From an uncultured Bacteroidales bacterium (lineage in GTDB: Bacteria > Bacteroidota > Bacteroidia > Bacteroidales > GWA2-32-17), in the NCBI GenBank assembly GCA_937960415.1, contig CALGPK010000001.1, positions 4,952-68,951 of the forward strand: a stretch of DNA of 64,000 nt, in the 5' to 3' direction. Shown here in pieces: positions 1 through 9,800 of this stretch. The notes beneath the pieces are model-generated. The model was not told the origin of the DNA, did no database searches, and saw only the letters and a program-made list of their open reading frames with translations. The stretch's first letter is position 1; the number at the start of each line of letters is the position of its first letter. Made by a program: the position numbers and the translations under genes.

Positions 1-2346
1 CCGGTAATTTCCGACGATGAATCCATCATCGTTTTTACAGCCGGCAAGAAAAATATCTTTTCGGTAGAACTAGACATAAATTTAGCCAATGTTGACTATA
101 AGTTAGACGACATCTATTTTTCAAAAAAAGTTGACGGAAAATGGACCGACCCTGTTAACATTACAAAACAATTAGGAGCCGGCTCGCAACAACGAACCGT
201 GCCTGTTAGCATTAGTGCCGACGGAACCGAGCTTTACCTTGTAAGAGACGACAACGACGACGGTAATATTTACGTTAGCTATTTCAAAAACGACAAATGG
301 TCGAAAATGAAGCCTCTTAACAAAAACATCAACACCAAATATTGGGAATCGCATGCCACCATAACCAAAGATGGTAAAACGCTGTTTTTTACCAGCGACC
401 GCCCCGGAGGCTTTGGGGGGCTCGATATCTACCGATCCGACAAAGATGAAAAAGGCGACTGGGGACCTGCTGTTAATCTTGGACCTACTATCAACTCCAT
501 CTACGACGAAGAAACCCCATTTGTTTTAGGCGAAAATGGCAATTATACCCTCTATTTTAGCTCACAAGGACATTATAGTATGGGAGGATTCGACGTTTTT
601 TACAGTAATTTACTCAAAAACGGCAAATGGTCAACACCCATCAATATCGGTTATCCATTAAATACCGTAGGCAACGATTTATTTTATGTACCCAAAGCCA
701 ATGGCGAATACTTCTTTTTCCCTCTTAACAACAATGAACGTGGTGGGATAGCTAAAAATAACATATACAAAGTCAAAGTCAATTTGCCTAACATGAAACC
801 TGTTGAAGAGAAAAAGCCACCCGAACCTGTAAAAGTAACCCTGTTAGGCAACATTCGCCTTGCCGACAATTCACCTGAACTCCCACCTGATATTACTATA
901 ACCATCACCGACACTACCAAAAACAAAATTTTAGAAACCCTGAAGCCTATTCGTGATAGTGCTATATTTCGCTATGTCGTTTCGTCAGGAAATTATAAAA
1001 TCACCTGTCAAGCAGGTGGATACAATCCACATTCGGAGTATGTTTTTGTCCCCGAAAACTTTACTCAGAAAGAAATTGTACTCGATATTCTGCTTAAACC
1101 CTTAGAAGTTACCAAAGGCGAATACTACGTAATACGAAGCATCTTCTTCGACTATGGTAAATTTGACCTGCGTCGTGAATCGGAAATTGAACTCCAGCGA
1201 CTGGCACAACTTATGCAAAAAAACCCGGGGCTGATGGTCGAAATTGTTGGACATACGGATGCTCTTGGTAGCGACAAATTCAATCAAAAACTTTCCGAAA
1301 ACCGTGCAAAAGCCGCTATCGATTACCTTGTTTCGCTTGGTATAGACCCCACACGATTTGTTGCCAGAGGTATGGGCAAACAACAATTTATTGCCATCAA
1401 CCAAAACCCAGACGGTAGCGACAACCCCGAAGGACGACAGCTCAACCGCCGCGTCGAAATTAAGCTGCTTAATACAATACCCGACAATGTAATTGTCGAA
1501 GAAATTAAAGTACCTCAACATTTACGCTTTAGAAAAGATACAAAACTAAAAGACGAAAACGTTTATACCGTTTTATTATTACAACAAAAAGAAAAAGAAC
1601 TTAATGTACAGCAACTTAATAAATTATTAGCACTTACGCAACTGCTAAAAGACGATACTTTGTTTCAAAACAATACAACCCCCATCAAAGACAATAAAAT
1701 AGGCAATATGCTGGTATTTAATGCCGGTGAATTTAAAAATAAATCCGATGCCATGAGAGTGCTTAACATCGTGCTCGATCAAGGCTTTTCTGATGCAACT
1801 ATCATTTCGGTTGATGAATTGAGTCAGATTAAGTCGGAAATAACTCGCACCATTCAAAAACAAAACGAACAGGAAGACATCAATGTTAAAAAAGATTTTA
1901 CTATACAAGTGCGGGCATATACCGCACCCGTCAATTTAAATACATTCAAAAACCTAAAAGGTGTAGAAGAACATTATTGTAACGACGGATTCTACCGATA
2001 CACGTACGGTAGGTATAAAAACAGAGCCGAAGCAATGAAAGAAAAAGAACGCATATCAGAATTAGGATATCCCGATGCTTTTGTGGTTGAATGGAAAATA
2101 TTTAAAGAAAAAATTGTAGAAAAATCTGAATTCACCATACAGCTCAAATCGTCGGTATCACCCATTAAACTGGCTGTTTTTAAAAACATAAAAAACGATG
2201 TAAGAGAAATCATAGGAAACGATGGTAATTTTAAATACATCTATGGCACATACAAAACATTAAATGACGCAAAAAAAGATCTGGAACGCCTAAAAAAAGA
2301 AGGATATACCGATGCGTTTATAGTTAACATGTCGGTGTTTAAGTAA
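1..2346 (+). CDS. OmpA-family envelope protein, 5'-truncated at the window edge: PD40/TolB-like repeats, OmpA peptidoglycan-binding domain and three C-terminal SPOR-like repeats
   Basis: Frame 1 is open from nt 1 (hand translation PVISDDESIIVFTAGKK... has no stop before the GTG at 199 used by the ORF track). PD40-like strings KDGKTLFFTSDRPGGFGGLDIY and YTLYFSSQGHYSMGGFDVFY. OmpA core IFFDYGKFDL...GHTDALGSDKFNQKLSENRAKAAIDYL...NRRVEIKL. C-terminal repeats end GFSDATII / GYPDAFVV / GYTDAFIV. Confidence 0.8.
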   Translation, partial: PVISDDESIIVFTAGKKNIFSVELDINLANVDYKLDDIYFSKKVDGKWTDPVNITKQLGAGSQQRTVPVSISADGTELYLVRDDNDDGNIYVSYFKNDKWSKMKPLNKNINTKYWESHATITKDGKTLFFTSDRPGGFGGLDIYRSDKDEKGDWGPAVNLGPTINSIYDEETPFVLGENGNYTLYFSSQGHYSMGGFDVFYSNLLKNGKWSTPINIGYPLNTVGNDLFYVPKANGEYFFFPLNNNERGGIAKNNIYKVKVNLPNMKPVEEKKPPEPVKVTLLGNIRLADNSPELPPDITITITDTTKNKILETLKPIRDSAIFRYVVSSGNYKITCQAGGYNPHSEYVFVPENFTQKEIVLDILLKPLEVTKGEYYVIRSIFFDYGKFDLRRESEIELQRLAQLMQKNPGLMVEIVGHTDALGSDKFNQKLSENRAKAAIDYLVSLGIDPTRFVARGMGKQQFIAINQNPDGSDNPEGRQLNRRVEIKLLNTIPDNVIVEEIKVPQHLRFRKDTKLKDENVYTVLLLQQKEKELNVQQLNKLLALTQLLKDDTLFQNNTTPIKDNKIGNMLVFNAGEFKNKSDAMRVLNIVLDQGFSDATIISVDELSQIKSEITRTIQKQNEQEDINVKKDFTIQVRAYTAPVNLNTFKNLKGVEEHYCNDGFYRYTYGRYKNRAEAMKEKERISELGYPDAFVVEWKIFKEKIVEKSEFTIQLKSSVSPIKLAVFKNIKNDVREIIGNDGNFKYIYGTYKTLNDAKKDLERLKKEGYTDAFIVNMSVFK

Positions 2347-2576
2347 GTATTAAAGAAAAGTCATATAATCTTTTGCCATATTTAAAGTTTTTTTATTGAG
2401 CTTGTTTATTTTAAATGAATGTTATATCTTTGTTTAACCCGTTCGCACAGGCAACCTATAAATAAAAAAAAATAGGTGCAAAATTGGTTATGTGGTTAGA
2501 ATATTTGAAAAAAATGAATAACAAATATTTTTACACAAAATTTAAATCATAAAGATAAATTGAAATAAAGATTAAC

Positions 2577-3419
2577 ATGTCTTTTATTGATAATTTCCCT
2601 AAAAATAATTGTTTTTTTAAAGACGATGATCAAGGTATCTTACTTTATCAAGCAGATTGTCTTGAGTTAATGGATATTTTAATTAAGAAATATCCAGACG
2701 GTATTTTTGATATGATTTTTGCCGATCCCCCCTATTTTTTATCTAACGGAGGCATAACTTGCCATGCAGGCAAGATGGCAAAGGTAAACAAAGGCGAATG
2801 GGATAAATCAAAAGGTATTAATGAAAATCATGCATTTAATCTTTCATGGCTATCCCGATGCCAAAAGCTGCTTAAACCAAATGGTACTATTTGGGTATCT
2901 GGTACTCATCATGTCATTTATTCTGTAGGATTTGCCATGCAACAACTCGGCATGAAAATCCTTAATGATATTGCTTGGGAAAAGCCGAATCCTCCTCCAA
3001 ATCTTTCTTGTAGATATTTTACTCATTCAACCGAGACAATAATTTGGGCTGCAAAGAATAAAAACTCCAAACATTATTTTAATTATGATGCAATGAGAAA
3101 ATTAAACAATGGTAAACAGATGAAAACAGTATGGACCATAGCAGCACCAAATGCTGATGAAAAAAAATTCGGTAAACATCCTACTCAAAAACCTCTTCAA
3201 CTCCTAGAAAGGATTATTTTAGCAAGTACCAAAAAAGGCGATTTAATTTTTGATCCTTTTGCTGGTAGTTCAACTACGGGTGTAGCAGCCATTAAATTAA
3301 ATAGATCTTTTGTTGGTTGTGAGCTTGAAAGTGAATATATCTTTTTATCAATAAAAAGATTAAAAGCATGTATTGATGATAAAAAAAATAACCCAAATCT
3401 TTTTGAGGTATTATTATGA
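2577..3419 (+). CDS. Beta-class DNA amino-methyltransferase (probably N6-adenine) of a type II R-M system
   Basis: Catalytic DPPY (FADPPYF, nt 2724-2735) lies N-terminal to the SAM-binding FDPFAGSSTTG, which is the beta-class order. The blocks NLSCRYFTHSTETIIWA and GKHPTQKP match my recollection of DpnA / M2.DpnII-like enzymes (recollection only). Confidence 0.9.
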   Translation: MSFIDNFPKNNCFFKDDDQGILLYQADCLELMDILIKKYPDGIFDMIFADPPYFLSNGGITCHAGKMAKVNKGEWDKSKGINENHAFNLSWLSRCQKLLKPNGTIWVSGTHHVIYSVGFAMQQLGMKILNDIAWEKPNPPPNLSCRYFTHSTETIIWAAKNKNSKHYFNYDAMRKLNNGKQMKTVWTIAAPNADEKKFGKHPTQKPLQLLERIILASTKKGDLIFDPFAGSSTTGVAAIKLNRSFVGCELESEYIFLSIKRLKACIDDKKNNPNLFEVLL

Positions 3420-3964
3420 AAAAAGGTGGAAAAGGTGGTTCAAAGACATTAACCGGATTAAATTTTGAAAAAAAAGTTGATCTGTATAGATTATTAGAAG
3501 AAATTCCGGGTTATACTTTAAAAAAAGCAGAAAAAAAAGCCGGCATGGAAGTTTATTTTGAAAATGAATTAGTAGCACGATGTTTTAGGAAACATGAATT
3601 TTATAAGTTTCTTGAGGAAAATAATGTTAATTGGAAAAAAATAATTTCGAGGAAGCTTTTGCCAGATGATGCAATGCTTGTCATAGATAGGGATACACTA
3701 TTCATAATAGAAGTCAAATATCAGCAAGTAGCCGGTTCAGTTGATGAAAAGTTACAAACCTGTGATTTCAAGAGAAAACAGTATTTAAAATTAGTTACTC
3801 CTTTAGATTTAAGAGTTGAATATGTTTATGTTTTAAGTGATTGGTTTAAAAAAAAGTCTAAATATAAAGATGTACTTGATTATATCCAGAGTGTTAATTG
3901 TCATTATAAGTTTAATGAATTGCCGTTAACATGGTTAGGATTGCCTTTTAAAAAAATTATTTAA
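3416..3964 (+). CDS. Putative type II restriction endonuclease (PD-(D/E)XK-like), 182 aa
   Basis: ATGA start/stop overlap with the methyltransferase. LLPDDAMLVIDRDTLFIIEVKYQ gives PD-x14-E-V-K (nt 3662-3718). No family recognised. Confidence 0.6.
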   Translation: MKKGGKGGSKTLTGLNFEKKVDLYRLLEEIPGYTLKKAEKKAGMEVYFENELVARCFRKHEFYKFLEENNVNWKKIISRKLLPDDAMLVIDRDTLFIIEVKYQQVAGSVDEKLQTCDFKRKQYLKLVTPLDLRVEYVYVLSDWFKKKSKYKDVLDYIQSVNCHYKFNELPLTWLGLPFKKII

Positions 3965-4207
3965 AACAGTATCAACACCTTATATGCTGCTACACATTAT
4001 TAAACCTAAATTATTCATTGAGATTCTTCAGATAAAGCGAATCAATGAATTTCCCGAATTAAGAAAAATCCTTTTTCTTAATTGTGCTTTGCATTTGAAA
4101 TTTTTTTTTAGAAAAAAAAGCCTTCGCCACCGTTTTTTGCATCTATGCACCATTGACAGGTACATCAAAACATTGACATTTTTTTTTGAATTCAAAAAAA
4201 TTAAATG

Positions 4208-4215
4208 TATATTTG
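4208..4215 (+). promoter_or_regulatory. Candidate Bacteroidota -7 box (TATATTTG)
   Basis: Matches TAnnTTTG 25 nt upstream of the ATG at 4240. A TTTG at 4185-4188 lies 19 nt upstream and could be the -33 element. Confidence 0.35.
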
Positions 4216-4239
4216 AAGGACTAAAATCATTCATCACAG

Positions 4240-4581
4240 ATGAAAGCATTTTATGTTTTTTGCATATTGTTAGGATTGGTCGCCTGCCAACCCAGTAATC
4301 AAGAAACGCCATCATCCGATACCGACAGCCTGCAAACCTCCGAAAATATTTACCCAAATCAAAAAGAAGTTATATATTACGATGATGGTCAAATTAAATT
4401 TATTCAGGAATACTACAATGGCATAAAACACGGTATCTACAAAAACTGGTACCCAAACGGAGTTATCCGTACTATGGGAAGTTATTATATGGGTTTTCGA
4501 GTAGGACTCTGGAGCTGGTATAGCGAACAAGGCAAACTTGAATTTCAAGTCAACTACGATTTACAATTAACAAGTTTGTAA
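4240..4581 (+). CDS. Small lipoprotein with MORN-variant (YwqK-like) repeats
   Basis: Lipobox signal MKAFYVFCILLGLVAC. Repeated G-x-x-x-G-x-W-x-x-YY-x-NG-like units (YYNGIKHGIYKNWYPNGVIRTMGSYYMGFRVGLWSWYSEQGKL). Confidence 0.6.
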   Translation: MKAFYVFCILLGLVACQPSNQETPSSDTDSLQTSENIYPNQKEVIYYDDGQIKFIQEYYNGIKHGIYKNWYPNGVIRTMGSYYMGFRVGLWSWYSEQGKLEFQVNYDLQLTSL

Positions 4582-4621
4582 GACTTTTTCTTTAATTTTA
4601 GCATTAAATTGTTTTTTTCTG

Positions 4622-4629
4622 TAAGTTTG
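4622..4629 (+). promoter_or_regulatory. Candidate -7 box (TAAGTTTG) upstream of era
   Basis: TAnnTTTG match 24 nt upstream of the era ATG (4654). Confidence 0.3.
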
Positions 4630-4653
4630 CATTTCATTCATTACTAAACTAAC

Positions 4654-5526
4654 ATGTACAAAGCTGGTTTTGTTAACATCATAGGAAAACCCAATGTTGG
4701 CAAGTCATCACTTCTAAATGCCCTCATGGGCGAAAAACTTTGCATCATAAGCCCTAAAGTTCAAACAACCCGTCACCGCATCAAAGGCTTTTATACTACC
4801 GATCACATGCAAATTATCTTTTCCGATACACCCGGCATACTCGACCCTAAATACAAGCTTCAGGAATGCATGAAAGAAGCCATTGAAGAAGCCATTGAAG
4901 ATGCTGATATTTTGATATACCTTACCTCTGTGGAAGAAAAACCCGAAATACCAAACTTTTTAAAAGATACGCATATACCTGTCATACTTGTTATAAACAA
5001 AATTGACTTACTAAAGAATCAAAAAGATCTCGAAATACTAGTCGAACAATGGAAAAAAACATTACCTCAGGCTCACATCATTGCCATATCGGCACTACTC
5101 AAATTTAATCTCGACACACTATTTAACGTAATCGAAGAATTATTGCCCGAACATCCACCTTATTTCGACAGCGAAGTACTTTCGGATCGTAATCTGCGTT
5201 TTTTTGTCAGCGAATTTATTCGCGAAAAAATCTTTTTACTCTATCACCAAGAAATCCCTTACTCTACCGAAGTTATTATCGACAACTATATCGAAGAATC
5301 CGATATAACCAAAATATACGCTACCATTTTTGTATTACGTGATAGTCAAAAAGCCATTATTATTGGCGAAAAAGGCAAAGCCATAAAAGAACTGGGAATT
5401 GCTGCCCGACAGGAGATCGAAAAATTCTTAAACACCAGAGTTTATCTCGAATTGCGAGTCAAAGTACTAAAAAACTGGCGAAACGAAATCAAATGGCTTA
5501 AACGCCTCGGTTACATTCAAAAATAA
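4654..5526 (+). CDS. era: GTPase Era
   Basis: G1 [15 protein letters not shown]3 DTPG, G4 NKID, and a C-terminal KH-like region ([13 protein letters not shown]). Confidence 0.95.
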   Translation: MYKAGFVNIIGKPNVGKSSLLNALMGEKLCIISPKVQTTRHRIKGFYTTDHMQIIFSDTPGILDPKYKLQECMKEAIEEAIEDADILIYLTSVEEKPEIPNFLKDTHIPVILVINKIDLLKNQKDLEILVEQWKKTLPQAHIIAISALLKFNLDTLFNVIEELLPEHPPYFDSEVLSDRNLRFFVSEFIREKIFLLYHQEIPYSTEVIIDNYIEESDITKIYATIFVLRDSQKAIIIGEKGKAIKELGIAARQEIEKFLNTRVYLELRVKVLKNWRNEIKWLKRLGYIQK

Positions 5527-5531
5527 CAGAT

Positions 5532-6839
5532 ATGAGCGGAATTGTAGCAATCATAGGACGACCCAATGTAGGCAAATCGACACTGTTTAACCGTCTAACC
5601 GAAACCCGTGATGCTATTGTAAACGATACTCCCGGCACTACGCGCGACCGACACTACGGAACCTGTGAATGGCAAGGAAGAACATTTACTGTTGTTGACA
5701 CTGGAGGATATATTCATAATTCCGACGATGTGTTCGAAAAAGAAATTCGCAAACAAATACAAATTGCCATCAACGAAGCCGATGTCATTTTGTTTTTGGT
5801 CGACGGTACCAGCGATATCACCGACCTCGACGATGCTGTAGCCGAACTTTTAAGAAAATCGAACAAAAATGTTTTGCTTGTAGCCAATAAAATTGATACA
5901 TACGACAAAATATTCGACATACATATTTACTACAAACTTGGACTTGGTGAAGTGTTTGCCATCTCGGCCATGACCGGAAGCGGTACGGGCGATTTGCTCG
6001 ATCGTATTTTAGAATTGCTACCCGAACGCAAAACCGAAGAGGTCGACGAAGAACTACCTAAAATAGCCATTGTAGGCAGGCCCAATGTCGGCAAATCGTC
6101 GTTGCTCAACCTGCTTATAGGCGAAGAACGCCACATTGTAACACCCATTGCCGGTACCACACGCGACAGCATTTACACTAAATACAACAAATTTGGACTC
6201 AACTTTTACCTCATCGATACTGCCGGTCTCAGGAAAAAACAAAAGTTTAAAGACCAGGTTGAATTTTATTCCATCATGCGAACCATTCGTTCTATCGAAT
6301 ATTCCGATGTTTGTTTGCTTTTGCTCGATGCAGGTGAAGGTATCCAGGCTCAGGATGTCAATATTTTTGGACTTATTCAGCGAAACCACAAAGGAGTTGT
6401 TATTGTTGTTAATAAATGGGATCTAATAGAAAAAAACACTAAAACAAGTAAAGAATACGAAGACTTTATCAAAAAAAAGATTGAACCTTTTACTGATATT
6501 CCAATAATTTTTACATCGGTAAAAGAAAAACAACGTGTTTTTAAAGTGCTTGAAAAAGCCATTGAAGTTTATAAAAACCGCAAACGCCGCATACCAACCC
6601 ACGAATTAAACCAATTTTTACTACCAGAAATTGAAAAAACACCCCCACCTGCTTACAAAGGAAAATACATTAAAATTAAGTATTTAACACAATTACCTAC
6701 TCCATATCCATCATTTGCATTATACTGCAATTTACCACAATATATCAGAGAACCCTATAAACGATTTATAGAAAATACTCTTCGAAAACAATACTCATTC
6801 GAAGGTTGTCCAATGGAAATTTATTTTAGAAAAAAATAA
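5532..6839 (+). CDS. der: Ribosome-biogenesis GTPase Der/EngA (double GTPase)
   Basis: Two tandem GTPase domains ([14 protein letters not shown]...DTGG...NKID and [14 protein letters not shown]...DTAG...NKWD) plus a KH-like C-terminus. Located directly after era. Confidence 0.95.
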   Translation: MSGIVAIIGRPNVGKSTLFNRLTETRDAIVNDTPGTTRDRHYGTCEWQGRTFTVVDTGGYIHNSDDVFEKEIRKQIQIAINEADVILFLVDGTSDITDLDDAVAELLRKSNKNVLLVANKIDTYDKIFDIHIYYKLGLGEVFAISAMTGSGTGDLLDRILELLPERKTEEVDEELPKIAIVGRPNVGKSSLLNLLIGEERHIVTPIAGTTRDSIYTKYNKFGLNFYLIDTAGLRKKQKFKDQVEFYSIMRTIRSIEYSDVCLLLLDAGEGIQAQDVNIFGLIQRNHKGVVIVVNKWDLIEKNTKTSKEYEDFIKKKIEPFTDIPIIFTSVKEKQRVFKVLEKAIEVYKNRKRRIPTHELNQFLLPEIEKTPPPAYKGKYIKIKYLTQLPTPYPSFALYCNLPQYIREPYKRFIENTLRKQYSFEGCPMEIYFRKK

Positions 6840-6867
6840 TTTTTTTGAAATTTATTTGTAAATTAGC

Positions 6868-9800
6868 ATGTTATTTAAAAGGATTATGCCCGGTAAAAAC
6901 ATATTTATTTTTCTTTTTGTATGCTTACCTGTTATATGTTTAGCTCAGGTACATGCAGATTTTACGGCTAATCTAACCCATGGATGTTCACCATTGGTAG
7001 TAGCTTTTACCAATTTATCTACAGGAACAGGTACACTGTCGTATTACTGGGATTTTGGAAATGGAAACACTTCTACACTGCAAAATCCTACTGCAAACTA
7101 TATCAATCCGGGTACATATACCGTTAAATTAGTAGTTAGCAACGGTATTCATACCGATTCCATCGTTAAAGTTAACTATATAAAAGTTTTTAAAAATCCG
7201 CAAGCTAATTTTACTGTTGGTCCTCCCAATTATGGTTGTGTACCTTTTTCAATAAATTTTACGAGCACAACTACACTGGGCGATGCACCTATTGCTTCGT
7301 ATCTATGGGACTTTGGTAACGGTACAAACTCCAACCTCCCCACCCCCACTGCTAACTATACTCAAAGTGGAACTTATGCTGTGTCGCTTTTAGTAACCGA
7401 TACTAACGGTTGCAAGAGCAGCATCACCATACCTAATGCTGTAATTGCTTCAACAAAACCAACAGTAGCTTTTAATGCCAATTTTACATCGAGTTGCACG
7501 GCACCTTTCACTGTTAACTTTACCAACCAAAGTACAGGTATGGGCACACTCACTTATTTCTGGAAATTTGGCGACGGAACCACCTCCACCGCACAAAATC
7601 CTTCACATACTTACACTCAAAATGGATCGTACACAGTAACACTTGTTGTAACTAATCAATATGGTTGTAAAGACAGTTTAGTAATGCCCAATTACATATC
7701 CATCAGTCAAATTAACGCCGGAATAAGTATTTCACCAAACGATAGTGTATGTCCCAATCAAATTATACAATTTACGAATACAGCCGGAACAACTTCGTTA
7801 TGGAGCTTTGGAGATGGAGGCTCTAGCACTTTGCCCAATCCCACATACTCATACAATACACCGGGAACTTACACCGTAATTTTAATAGCTGCTCCGGGTA
7901 CCCCTTGTCAAGATACAGCAACTATCACTATTGTTGTTCGTAACCCACCTAATGCACAATTTACGCCCAGTTCCTTCTTTTCGTGCGGAAACCCCATAAC
8001 ATTCACTCCTACTATACAAAACGGACTTGGCTATCATTGGGATTTTGGCGACCCAAATGTTCAAAACGACACATCCAATTTGGTTTCGCCTTCATATACT
8101 TATCAAAACGAAGGAACATTTTACGTATCTTTAATACTTACCGATGAATATGGCTGTACAGGTGTGTACACTAACCCAAACCCCATTATTGTCGATTTTT
8201 GCGAAGTAGAAATATCGGCCTCTCCCACTTCGGGCTGCAAACCTTTGACAGTTGATTTTTCGGCTAACATAACGTGCAACCCGAATACACAGGTTACAAA
8301 CTTTTTATGGAATTTTGGTAACGGGCAATTCTCAACATTAAATAATCCTTCATACACCTATACCGATACAGGTACATATATTGCTAGTGTTGTAATAACT
8401 ACAAATTTGGGCTGCAACAGGCTCGACACCATTAAGATAGAAGTAGGGCAAAAACACAATCCACAAGTTTTGATAAACTATACAGGTGGATGTGCAAATG
8501 ATACCGTCCAATTCATAAGCCTTTCAACTGATTCTAATTACATTGACACCTATTCGTGGACTTTTATGAACGATAGTTCTTTGGTTGTAGGCACTTCCAA
8601 CGAAGCCAATCCACAAATCACTTTCGAAGGCAATGGCATCATTTCACTTTCGTATACCATCTCGCACAATGGATGCGACACAACATTAACACTCGACTCT
8701 ATTTTTGTTTTAAACGGTCCTTATACCGGAAATATAGATACTGTGATGATTGGGTGCCACAATCCCTATCATATAGGAGCTGTCATGCCTTTTATTAAAC
8801 AAGCCAATCGATGGTATTGGGATATGAACAACGATGGCATATATGAAGATTCAACCATTTTATCCTCACCAGTCTATTCATACAACGATACGTGTTGGTT
8901 TACATATCCCTCAAATCAGCAATATACTATTCGTTTTGTTGCTTACAACGATTCTACTGGTTGTTTCTGGGAAGAAAAACGTACTATTAAAATTTGGGAT
9001 ATTAAAGCAAATTTAACCGTCCAAAGTCCTACATGCCATCAAAATGTATTATTCAACATACTTGGCACTCAAGACTTTACTTCATTTCAGTTTAATTATG
9101 GCGATGGAACACTTGGTACCGATTTACTGCATAATTACCCTCAACAATCCGCTAATTACTGGGGCTACCTCTATGTTCAAAATGATTTAGGCTGCCGCGA
9201 TACCGATTCGGTTTATATTCGCATATTTTACCCCAATCCCAATTTTTCTGGTAGCCCGCTACAATTTTGCATTCCTTACAATTTTGTTCTTAACGATCTC
9301 TCTACAGCCGATACAACTATTGTCAGCTGGCAATGGTCCATAACTCCCTACTCGCTTTCGTCGAATCAACAAAATCCCACATTCTCCATTAACATGCCCG
9401 GCTGGTATAACGTTTACTTAACCATTTCGGATGCCATCGGTTGTCAGGCTACAAAAGTTATAAACTCATACTTTTTTGCCCAAGATTTAGTCCCTGCATT
9501 CAACGCATTAGACAGCACTCTTTGTCTCGGCGATACCGTACATTTTCTTTCAAATGTAGCAGGAGCACAACAATATCAATGGAATTTTGGCGACGGAAGT
9601 CCTATATTTAATGGAAATAATCCTGCACACGTATATCAAGATACAGGTTTATACTCCGTTACTTTATACGTTTCAAATAGCCATCCAGGATGTATCGATT
9701 CCATTACCTATCACAATTTTATTAGCGTACAAGATATTTTGGCCGACTTCACTGTTACCACTACCGATACCAACTGTTATCCTTTTTCTGTCAATATTAT

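Noticed and set aside
2400-2576. Tiny ORFs upstream of the methyltransferase (16 and 20 codons), considered as a possible R-M controller (C) protein.
   Set aside because: They are far too short for an HTH C-protein (typically about 70-100 aa) and have no helix-turn-helix-like sequence.
3984-4357. Overlapping ORFs 3984..4298 (+) and 4028..4357 (-) in the spacer right of the R-M cassette.
   Set aside because: The sequence is AT-rich and low in complexity, and the implied proteins are implausible. The two ORFs are mutually exclusive, and they overlap the well-supported lipoprotein start at 4240 and its candidate promoter. They could at most be a decayed remnant, and I cannot support even that.
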